From assembly GCA_021325135.1 (NCBI GenBank), contig JAJPHT010000013.1, positions 64,001 to 128,000 on the forward strand: a stretch of DNA of 64,000 nucleotides, in the 5' to 3' direction. Within the stretch, counting starts at the first letter, position 1. Each line of letters begins with the position of its first letter. This document shows, piece after piece, positions 56,632 through 64,000 of the stretch. This stretch comes from Pseudomonadota bacterium (GTDB taxonomy: Archaea > Thermoplasmatota > SW-10-69-26 > JACQPN01 > JAJPHT01). Position numbers and translations under genes: made by a program. Below the pieces are notes generated by a model. The model was not told the DNA's origin. It did not search any database and saw only the letters and a list, made by a program, of their open reading frames with translations.

Positions 56632-57297
56632 ATGAAGACGCAATATGCATGGAGCTTGCTCCTTGTCGGCGCGGTGCTGGTCGTTCCAGCGATGGCCCTC
56701 GCCCAGGGAACCAACAACGGGCTTCCCGCCCCGGACTGCATGTCCACGGGCGCGGTGGGGCTTCAGGCGGTCAATGACCTCCATTCCTCGGTCGTCGACG
56801 AGACGAGCCGGTCCCAGAAGGTCGCCGTCACGGACAACGACGTGCTGCTCGCGATCGCGCTGCACAACAACGGCGCCGGGAACGTCAGCTGGGACAAGGT
56901 CCGCAGCGTCCAGCAGGTGGCCAGCCACACCATGAGCGCGAGCCAGACCGCGAAGCTGGACCGCGACGACGTGTTCAGCGCCCTCGCGCTGGGCATCCAC
57001 GACGCCGTGGGCAGCCTTGAGGCCCTCGCGTGCGTGAGCGACATCACGACCGCCATGACGCAGACGCAGACGCTGACGCGCAACACGAGCCTCGACCAGA
57101 ACACGGTCCTGCTCGCGATCGCGCTGCACAACAGCGCCGGCAGCGGCCTCAACTACGACGACGTGGCGAACTTCGCCGAGTCGCAGCGCACCCAGGTGTC
57201 GCACGACCAGGACGTCACGGTCCCGCGCGACAACACGTTCCTGGCCCTCGCGCTGGGCGCCGGCGGATCGGGTCCCAACGCGACCCCCAGCGGCTGA
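56632..57297 (+). CDS. Secreted protein with two ungapped 78-aa internal repeats (putative major fibre subunit)
   Basis: Signal peptide ending ALA; VLLAIALHN twice, F.ALALG twice. Confidence 0.8.
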   Translation: MKTQYAWSLLLVGAVLVVPAMALAQGTNNGLPAPDCMSTGAVGLQAVNDLHSSVVDETSRSQKVAVTDNDVLLAIALHNNGAGNVSWDKVRSVQQVASHTMSASQTAKLDRDDVFSALALGIHDAVGSLEALACVSDITTAMTQTQTLTRNTSLDQNTVLLAIALHNSAGSGLNYDDVANFAESQRTQVSHDQDVTVPRDNTFLALALGAGGSGPNATPSG

Positions 57298-57314
57298 GCC
57301 GGCCGGATCCTCTT

Positions 57315-57366
57315 GGGGAGCCTCGGCTCCCCGCCCCCTTTCCTTCCTTTCCTTCTCCCCTTCTTG
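57315..57366 (+). terminator. Hairpin plus long pyrimidine tract
   Basis: ggggagc-ctcg-gctcccc followed by a C/T-rich run. Confidence 0.65.
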
Positions 57367-57447
57367 CGCAGTTCTCCTTGAGGCGTGCGGCCAGCAGCCC
57401 CCTTTGGGCCACAACTCCGATGGCCGGGCGGCCAGGTGGCTCACCGC

Positions 57448-58287
57448 ATGCGGATGCAACTCCTCTGCCTCGCGCTCGCCGCGGGCGTGCTGCTCGCGCC
57501 GGCGGCGCACGCCCAGGACTCGAACCAGACTCCGGCCACCCCCACGCCGGCCAAGGAGCGTGGCGAGCCCTCGAGCACGAGCTACGACCTCGACTTCTCG
57601 ACGCCGGGCGCCGCCACGCTGCGCGTCGAGCAGGTCTGGGACGGGCAGCGGGGGGCCGACTTCCGCCAGAGCCTCGACGCCTACTTCGGCAACGGCGACG
57701 GCAAGCTCGCCCCGGACGAGATCGGGCACATCCAGAGCGCCGCGGTCCACGACATGCAGAACCAGTCGCTCCCCCTCCTCACGGTGGACGGCGCGGCGGC
57801 GACGGTGCAGTCGGCCAACGTCACGCTGGAGGGCGCGGAGGGGAACGTCAGCAGCGCCGACCCGGTGAAGATGACCCACTCGGTCGTGCTCGCGCTCCCG
57901 CCGCAGTCGGGCGACAGCCGCGCCATCACGTTCCACCCCGTCTGGGACGGGCACGCGGACCTCCATGCGCCCGACGGGCAGGTGTTCGTGCTGCCGGGCA
58001 CGACGCAGGGCGTGGCCGCTCCGGGCATCGACGTCACGGCCCAGTCCTCCGTGACGTTCACCATGCGCCCCCAGACGGCGCAGGACCAGACGGGGGCGCC
58101 CGCGACGCCCAGCAGCGGTGGCGGCGGCAGCGCGGCCACGCCCACGAGCAACGGCTCGGGCGGCAACGCGAGCGCGCCGCAGGAGTCGGCGAAGCCGCCT
58201 CGCAAGGTGCCGCTCCCCTCCGTGGCCCTCGTCGTGGGGGCCTGCGCCCTGATCGCCCTCGCCCTCCCGAAGAGACGGCTCCGATGA
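57448..58287 (+). CDS. Secreted membrane-anchored protein with an EF-hand-like loop and C-terminal sorting signal
   Basis: Signal peptide AHA; GNGDGKLAPDE; KVPLP + TM + KRRLR. Confidence 0.8.
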   Translation: MRMQLLCLALAAGVLLAPAAHAQDSNQTPATPTPAKERGEPSSTSYDLDFSTPGAATLRVEQVWDGQRGADFRQSLDAYFGNGDGKLAPDEIGHIQSAAVHDMQNQSLPLLTVDGAAATVQSANVTLEGAEGNVSSADPVKMTHSVVLALPPQSGDSRAITFHPVWDGHADLHAPDGQVFVLPGTTQGVAAPGIDVTAQSSVTFTMRPQTAQDQTGAPATPSSGGGGSAATPTSNGSGGNASAPQESAKPPRKVPLPSVALVVGACALIALALPKRRLR

Positions 58288-58299
58288 CGAGACCTGACG

Positions 58300-59088
58300 A
58301 TGCGTGCGCTGTCGCTGGTCCTGGCGTTCCTGCTCGCGTCCAGCGCAGCCGCCGGCCTCGTGCCCGTCATCGGCGAGCCCGTGGCGCCGCCCGCGCCCGA
58401 GCCGGCGTTCTGCCCTGAGCGCATCACCGAGGTCACGGGCGCGCCCACGGACTCGGTGTCCGAGGCGCGCCTCGTGGGCCACGACGTCGTCCACAACGTG
58501 GAGGCGGACACGAACCTGACGCTGGCCATCGTCGCGCTTGCGGCCGCACTGCACGAGCGCCCGGACTTCGCCAACCTCACCAACTTCACCGAGGACACGC
58601 GGGACACCTGCATGCTCAGCCTGCGCGACACGCCGGGCGAGAACCTCTCGCGCCTCGCGCAGCAGCTCCACATCGCGAGGCTCCCCGCCAACGCCTCCGT
58701 CTCGCTGGAGCTCTCGACGCATCACGAGCATCGCGTCTCGCTCGGGACGCAGACCGCGCTGGCCGCCCTCGCCATGGCCGGGGCGGGCATGCCGCCGCGC
58801 CTCGACGAGGTGCTCAGCGTCGAGGACCACTCGTGGACCAACCTCACGCGCAGCCAGGTCGTCCAGCTGGACGACGACGCGCCCGCGCCGGAGCCCGCCC
58901 CCGTGGAGCCCCTTCCCGCGACGCCCGCGCCCGTGGCGCCCCACCCGCTGCCGGTCCCGACGCCGCCCACCCCTCCGCCACCACCCCCGAAGAGGGCGAC
59001 CGCGCCGACGCCCCCCGCCGCGGCGGAGCCCACGCCGGCCACGCCGACGAACGACAACGGCCTCGCGTCCCTGCTGGGCGGGATCTAG
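58300..59088 (+). CDS. Secreted distant paralog of 56632..57297 with Pro-rich tail (putative minor subunit)
   Basis: ALAALAM..AG....LDEV.SV......SQ...LDDD aligns to the 56632 repeat. Confidence 0.7.
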   Translation: MRALSLVLAFLLASSAAAGLVPVIGEPVAPPAPEPAFCPERITEVTGAPTDSVSEARLVGHDVVHNVEADTNLTLAIVALAAALHERPDFANLTNFTEDTRDTCMLSLRDTPGENLSRLAQQLHIARLPANASVSLELSTHHEHRVSLGTQTALAALAMAGAGMPPRLDEVLSVEDHSWTNLTRSQVVQLDDDAPAPEPAPVEPLPATPAPVAPHPLPVPTPPTPPPPPPKRATAPTPPAAAEPTPATPTNDNGLASLLGGI

Positions 59089-59255
59089 GCCCGCGGCCGG
59101 AGCCGGCGGCCCAGGATGGCGGCGCGGAGGGCCGCCTGGCGGACCTGCCACTCGGCCACGCGCTCGGAGAGGAACAGCCCCCGGCGCGCGGCGCGGCCCA
59201 GCTCCGCGTGGACCCGAAGCACTTCCGCGACGTCGGCCGGGATGCGGCGGGGCAC
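59085..59255 (-). CDS. Small basic hypothetical protein (56 aa, absent from the ORF track)
   Basis: Manual translation VPRRIPADVAEVLRVHAELGRAARRGLFLSERVAEWQVRQAALRAAILGRRLRPRA; high GC3. Confidence 0.45.
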   Translation of the reverse strand: MPRRIPADVAEVLRVHAELGRAARRGLFLSERVAEWQVRQAALRAAILGRRLRPRA

Positions 59256-59322
59256 GCGGGGGGCTCAGGCCTGCGGAGGCAAGAGCCTTCCCCCGCTGCG
59301 GAATCAGGACCAAATGGACAAA

Positions 59323-59532
59323 TCAAAGGGCTTTCCCGCCGCCCCGACTGAAGTAGAACCCAACTACCGCCATCATGAGTCCAACGAGAATCATGGACAC
59401 GGACTGGACATCCGGGAGCCGGAGAACCCATCCAATACAGATGATCGTCAAGCATCCGCCTATGACCAAGAAGGCAAGGTGAGAGCGCGTCCGCTCGGGG
59501 TCGCGTCCCTTCGATTCCTCGGGGTCGCCCAT
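59323..59532 (-). CDS. Small 2-TM protein in a low-GC patch
   Basis: MGDPEE...LAFLVIGGCLTIICIGW...MILVGLMMAVVGFYF. Confidence 0.5.
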   Translation of the reverse strand: MGDPEESKGRDPERTRSHLAFLVIGGCLTIICIGWVLRLPDVQSVSMILVGLMMAVVGFYFSRGGGKAL

Positions 59533-59930
59533 CGCCAAGCAGAACCACCTCAATCTTGGTTGTTTCCGAGCTTTGTCACCCGTCCCGCTCAAACTTCGGA
59601 TCGAACGGATCGGTTGAGCCGGCTGGATGACACGAGGCGTTCTATATGAACCAGCAGGCCCCAACCCCCCCGGACTTCACCAAATCCACTAGATATGCCT
59701 CCGCCAGCATGGCGATGGAAGCGTTCACGCGGGGATTACATATCTCTACGTGACTTAGGATGCCACTACGCACCAACAAGTGAGATTACAGTTTCTTTAA
59801 GTAGTGAAAAACGGCGCCTCGTGCCATGTGCGAGGGAGGCGTTCAATCCACCTTCGGCGCGGAGGCGGTAGCGAACCGGCTTACACCGATCTCCAAATCG
59901 TTATCCCCTGATAGTGGGGTGGGTAGGCCA

Positions 59931-60293
59931 ATGCTGATCCGAATCTTTCTTGTTGCGTCGGCCTTTGTGCTCCTTTCCTGCCTCGTCCCATATTCCAGCG
60001 CCACATGTGTAGGCAACGTCTGCGCGATGTGCTACCCTCCCGCCTACTGCTACGCGTACGATTACTCCCTCGCAACGAACGTGAATGGTGGCGTCGGCTC
60101 CTCCAACTATTGTCGCGACGGGTTCGGCAATTACGGGCCCTGCACCTACGAAGGGGCAGGAATCGATACAATCAGTGTCGGAGTAGTGGAGTTTGTCACA
60201 GCCGGGTTAGGGGGCGTGAACGTCGCGATCTGCCCTTACAACAGCATCGTCACCAACGTGTACCCGTGCACGTACGCCGGCCAAACCCTGTAG
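59931..60293 (+). CDS. Small secreted Cys-rich protein (8 Cys in the mature part), low GC
   Basis: Signal peptide ending YSSA; Cys/Tyr/Gly-rich mature region. Confidence 0.65.
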   Translation: MLIRIFLVASAFVLLSCLVPYSSATCVGNVCAMCYPPAYCYAYDYSLATNVNGGVGSSNYCRDGFGNYGPCTYEGAGIDTISVGVVEFVTAGLGGVNVAICPYNSIVTNVYPCTYAGQTL

Positions 60294-60571
60294 TCCCACG
60301 CGCCGTTTAAGGCGACAGTGGTGGGTGGCATTCTCCGGTTCACCGGCTTTGGGGGGCTGAATCGTGGCCGATCCGCATTTGGCTCAGCCCCGCAGGTTTC
60401 GGGTGGTCAAGGGTCGGGGTCAAGCTGAGAGGAGCAGAGGAGCAGAAACGCTCAAATACCCGAATCACAGCCTCGCGCTTGTCTCGGAAAGATGATTGAT
60501 TTGCCCCCAGCGGCTCCGCTGGGCTGGTTTTTCGCGAAGGAATTTTCCGCAGCGCGGCCGCTGGCCCGCCC

Positions 60572-61273
60572 ATGCCGACCTCGCCCCAGGTCCTTGCCGC
60601 CGACCGGCCGGTCTACCTGTACGTCGAGTCCGACGGCATGGTCTACCTGGTCCGGCGCGAGGGGAGGCTGGCCTTCCCCAGGGAGGGGGAGGTGGACCTG
60701 GAATTGGAGTTCAAGGGCGAGATGGACTTCCCCGAGGGGAAAGTCCTCTTCGCCGTCCCCAGCCTGGAGGCGTGGCCCCGCGACTGGACGTTCAAGGACG
60801 ACGTGCCGGGGCGCACCGACGTGGAGCCCATCGTCCAGCGCGCCATCAACGCGAGCCTCGTGCGCGAGGTCGTGGGGGCCCTGGTCTTCCACCCCGACCA
60901 GGAGCGCATCCTCCTCGTGAAGGCCAGCCGCGGCTTCACCAAGGGGATGTGGAACATCCCGGGCGGCTTCGTGACCTACGGCGAGCCCCCCGAGGCCTCC
61001 ATGCACCGCGAGATGGAGGAGGAGACGGGCCTCACGATCCGGCTGGAGAAGCTCCTGGGCGTGTTCACGCAGAAGTTCGGCAGCCCCTACTACATGCGGG
61101 GGCACATGTTCCTCGCGCGGGCCCTCACCACCGAATTGACCCTCCAGGCCGACGAGATCGCGGCCGCGCAGTGGTTCCCCGTGGCCGAGGCTCGCAAGCT
61201 GGTGATGAACCCCTTCGCCCGCCGCGCGCTGGACGCGCACGAGAAGGGGCGGGGCCTCCCGCTCGACGGGTGA
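60572..61273 (+). CDS. NUDIX hydrolase
   Basis: PGG.V.YGE.PE.SMHREMEEETG Nudix box. Confidence 0.92.
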   Translation: MPTSPQVLAADRPVYLYVESDGMVYLVRREGRLAFPREGEVDLELEFKGEMDFPEGKVLFAVPSLEAWPRDWTFKDDVPGRTDVEPIVQRAINASLVREVVGALVFHPDQERILLVKASRGFTKGMWNIPGGFVTYGEPPEASMHREMEEETGLTIRLEKLLGVFTQKFGSPYYMRGHMFLARALTTELTLQADEIAAAQWFPVAEARKLVMNPFARRALDAHEKGRGLPLDG

Positions 61274-61317
61274 CCCGGACAAACCCTGAAATGCCCCTTC
61301 CGCGGAGAGCAGGGGCC

Positions 61318-61695
61318 GTGCAGCGCGGGTTCCGGTTCCTTGCGGGGGTGTTCGCCCTCCTGCTCGCCATGCCCGCCCTGGGGCTCGTGGCGGTGGGCGC
61401 GCGGGGCGTCGCCCGGCTGAAGGCGGCCGACCTCGCCCTGGCCGGCATCCTGCTCACGGCCGCGTTCGTGATCGCCTCCGCCCTCTCCTCGCGCAGCCGC
61501 AGCGGCATCCTCGCCTCCGCGGCCTTCGTCATCAGCACCTCGCTGGTCGCGTTCGCCATGGTCCCCGTCGCCGGCCCCGGCTGGCCCCAGAACGCGGCGC
61601 TGGGCGGCTTCCTCGCGGCGGGCGGCCTGGCCCTCGCCCTGTCGGCCCCGGCGAAGCCGGCACAACGTTCTTCCATGCGCGCGGCCGACTCGTGA
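61318..61695 (+). CDS. Hypothetical 4-TM protein
   Basis: Hydrophobic segments. Confidence 0.6.
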   Translation: MQRGFRFLAGVFALLLAMPALGLVAVGARGVARLKAADLALAGILLTAAFVIASALSSRSRSGILASAAFVISTSLVAFAMVPVAGPGWPQNAALGGFLAAGGLALALSAPAKPAQRSSMRAADS

Positions 61696-61698
61696 GGC

Positions 61699-62991
61699 AT
61701 GCCCTACCGCGACCGGACGCACGCGGGCCAGGTCCTTGCGCGCTCGCTTGACCGCCACCGCGGCGCGGACGTGGTCGTCCTGGGCCTCCCGCGAGGCGGC
61801 GTCCCCGTCGCGGCCGAGATCGCCCGCGCCTTGGGCGCCCCTTTGGACGTGATGGTCGCGCGCAAGGTGGGCGCCCCGGGCAACCCCGAGTTCGGAGTCG
61901 GCGCCGTGGCGCCCGGCGGCGTGCGCATCGTGGACGCGCGTTCTCTCCTCATGCTGGGCCTCCCCGAGAGCGCGCTGGACCAGACGATCCACGACGAGAC
62001 GCAAGAGATGGAGCGCCGCCTCCTGCTCTACCGCGGCGACCCGCGGCCCCCGGACGTCGCGGGGAAGACCGTCATCCTGGTGGACGACGGCCTGGCCACC
62101 GGCGTCACGGCGCACGCGGCCATCGACTCGCTGCGCCAGCAGGGCCCCGCCCGCATCGTGCTCGCCGTGCCCGTGGGCGCGCCCGACGTCGTCGCGCGCC
62201 TCGCGGACCTCGTGGACGAGGTGGTCGTCCCCGAGCAGCCCGAGGACCTGCGCGCCGTGGGCCTCTGGTACGACGACTTCCGCCAGACGACCGACGCGGA
62301 GGTGATATCGCTCCTCGGGCCGCGGACGCGCAAGGTCCGCATCCCCGTGGACGGGGGCGAGATGCTCGGCGACCTCACGCTCCCCAACGGCGCCCAGGGG
62401 CTCGTCGTGTTCGCCCACGGCAGCGGCAGCGGGCGCCTCAGCCCGCGCAACCGCGCCGTCGCGCGTCGCCTCAACGAGGCGGGGCTGGGCACGCTCCTCC
62501 TGGACCTCCTCACGGAGGACGAGGAGCGCGCGAAGGACCTCCGTTTTGATATCCCCCTCCTCGCGGGCCGCGTCGGGGCGGCGCTGGCATGGGCGCGCGC
62601 GCAGCCCGACACGCAGGGCCTCGCCTTCGGCCTCTTCGGCGCGAGCACCGGCGCGGCCGCGGCCCTGGTCGCCGCGGCGGAGCGCCCCGCCGACGCGGCG
62701 GCCGTCGTCTCGCGCGGCGGACGGCCCGACCTCGCGGGCTCCGCGCTGCGCCGCGCCTACGCCCCCACGCTGCTCATCGTGGGCGGCGCCGACGGCGAGG
62801 TGGTGGACCTCAACGAGGAGGCCTTCGAGCAGCTTCCCGGCGAGAAGCGCCTGGAGATCGTCCCCGGCGCCACGCACCTCTTCGAGGAGCTCGGCGCGCT
62901 GGAGCGGGTCGCCGACCTCGCGGCGGCGTGGTTCTCGGATCACCTGGCGGGCCGCGAGCGCGTGACGCGCTCCTCCTCCACGAAGCGGTAG
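61699..62991 (+). CDS. Phosphoribosyltransferase fused to a dienelactone-hydrolase-like domain
   Basis: GLPRGGVPV, VILVDDGLATG; HGSGS.R.SPRN, GASTG, SRGGRPDL, ATHLFEE. Confidence 0.92.
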   Translation: MPYRDRTHAGQVLARSLDRHRGADVVVLGLPRGGVPVAAEIARALGAPLDVMVARKVGAPGNPEFGVGAVAPGGVRIVDARSLLMLGLPESALDQTIHDETQEMERRLLLYRGDPRPPDVAGKTVILVDDGLATGVTAHAAIDSLRQQGPARIVLAVPVGAPDVVARLADLVDEVVVPEQPEDLRAVGLWYDDFRQTTDAEVISLLGPRTRKVRIPVDGGEMLGDLTLPNGAQGLVVFAHGSGSGRLSPRNRAVARRLNEAGLGTLLLDLLTEDEERAKDLRFDIPLLAGRVGAALAWARAQPDTQGLAFGLFGASTGAAAALVAAAERPADAAAVVSRGGRPDLAGSALRRAYAPTLLIVGGADGEVVDLNEEAFEQLPGEKRLEIVPGATHLFEELGALERVADLAAAWFSDHLAGRERVTRSSSTKR

Positions 62992-63986
62992 TTCACGAGG
63001 TCGCGCTCGGTGGCGCCCGCCTCCGCGGCCATCCTCCGCGCACGCGCCAGGTGGAGCATCTCCCACGCGCTGTGGCCATCGCTGCCGAGGCTGAGCCGGC
63101 AGCCCATCTCCAGCGCGCGCTTGGCGAGGCGCACCGGCAGGTCGAGGCGGCCCGGGTTGCCGTTGACCTCCATGGCGACGCCGCGCTCTGCGGCCTTCTC
63201 GAAGATGGCGTCGAAGTCGAGGCTCGCTGCCGGCCGGCGGCCCGGCACCGCGGTCGTGGGGTGGCCCAGCGCGGTGAGGCGCGGGTCGTCCAGCGCGGCC
63301 AGCACGCGCGCCGTCTGCTCCTCCTTGGGCAGGCGAAGGCGCGAGTGCAGCGAGCCGATCACGTAGTCGAACCCCGCCAGGACGTCCGGGTCGTGATCGA
63401 GCCGGCCATCGCGCAGGATGTCGCACTCGGTCCCGCGCAGGATGCGGATGCGCGGGTGCGCCTCCTGCACGCGCTCGATGTCTGCCCACTGCATGAGCAC
63501 CTCCTGGCGCGAGAGGCCGCGCGCGACGCGGAGGCTCCCCGAGTGGTCGCTGATGCCGATGGCCTTGGCGCCCAGGCGCTCCGCGAAGGCGACCACCTCG
63601 TCCAGCGTCATGGTGCCGTCGCTCCAGGTCGTGTGGCAGTGGAGGTCGGGCGCGTCGGGGAAGGGCGCGTCCACGGCCCAGCGCGGGATCGTCTTGACCT
63701 CGCTCTCGCCCGGCTGCGCCTCGGGCTCCTGCGCGAGCCACGCGGGGCGCTCGCCGGTGCGCGCGAACTCCTGGATCGTCCGCTCGATGGAGGGCCCGAT
63801 GCCGGGGATGTCGCGCAGCCGGCCGCGGCGCAGCAGGTCCTCGAAGTCCTCCGTCCGCGCCACCTGGTTGGCCGCCCGCATGTACGCCCGCGAGCGGCCC
63901 AGGTCCCCGCGGCGCTTCCACGCGAGCCCCATCTGCGTGAGCAGGTCCACGGTGGCCTGGCGGACGAGATTCCCTCCGGTGGGCAT
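62940..63986 (-). CDS. PHP-domain protein with a PolX-like N-terminal HhH domain but no polymerase core
   Basis: RAY..A...IPGIG; DLHCHTTWSDG, ISDHS, GTECDI, GSLH, GHPT, GSDGH. Confidence 0.88.
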   Translation of the reverse strand: MPTGGNLVRQATVDLLTQMGLAWKRRGDLGRSRAYMRAANQVARTEDFEDLLRRGRLRDIPGIGPSIERTIQEFARTGERPAWLAQEPEAQPGESEVKTIPRWAVDAPFPDAPDLHCHTTWSDGTMTLDEVVAFAERLGAKAIGISDHSGSLRVARGLSRQEVLMQWADIERVQEAHPRIRILRGTECDILRDGRLDHDPDVLAGFDYVIGSLHSRLRLPKEEQTARVLAALDDPRLTALGHPTTAVPGRRPAASLDFDAIFEKAAERGVAMEVNGNPGRLDLPVRLAKRALEMGCRLSLGSDGHSAWEMLHLARARRMAAEAGATERDLVNYRFVEEERVTRSRPAR

Positions 63987-64000
63987 CGTCCTTCCCTCGC

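Noticed and set aside
61699-62991. PRTase-hydrolase fusion
   Set aside because: Common, already described architecture
1-64000. tRNA, rRNA, integrase or transposase
   Set aside because: No cloverleaf, rRNA or recombinase signatures seen by eye; a tRNAscan-SE/Rfam run would confirm

Overview
Very GC-rich archaeal chromosome segment. TFB, TiaS, a Kae1-Bud32 fusion and an AN1-zinc-finger rhomboid identify it as archaeal. The proteome is not acidic, so an uncultured Thermoplasmatota-type lineage is likelier than a haloarchaeon (inference). About 70 CDS: housekeeping genes (tRNA modification, glpK, acyl-CoA carboxylase beta subunit, 3-hydroxyacyl-CoA dehydrogenase) mixed with many secreted, lipoprotein or membrane-anchored proteins (three tandem BNR propellers, two GH-like proteins, a PQQ propeller). 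No rRNA, tRNA, CRISPR array, integrase or transposase was seen. Top candidate novel systems: (1) an operon encoding a secreted subtilase with about 10 codon-diversified WDSSR pentapeptide repeats at its pro/mature junction, a receiver protein and a multi-TM sensor histidine kinase, possibly self-processed peptide signalling (50.4-54.5 kb); (2) a three-gene secreted repeat-protein locus that looks like major subunit, anchor and minor subunit of an extracellular fibre (56.6-59.1 kb); (3) a family of ~80-bp palindromic elements, two of three copies flanked by 57-78 bp duplications of neighbouring DNA; (4) a recurring YGATAKC/GATATC motif written with rare codons inside genes. All functional calls come from motif recognition by eye; no database searches were run.
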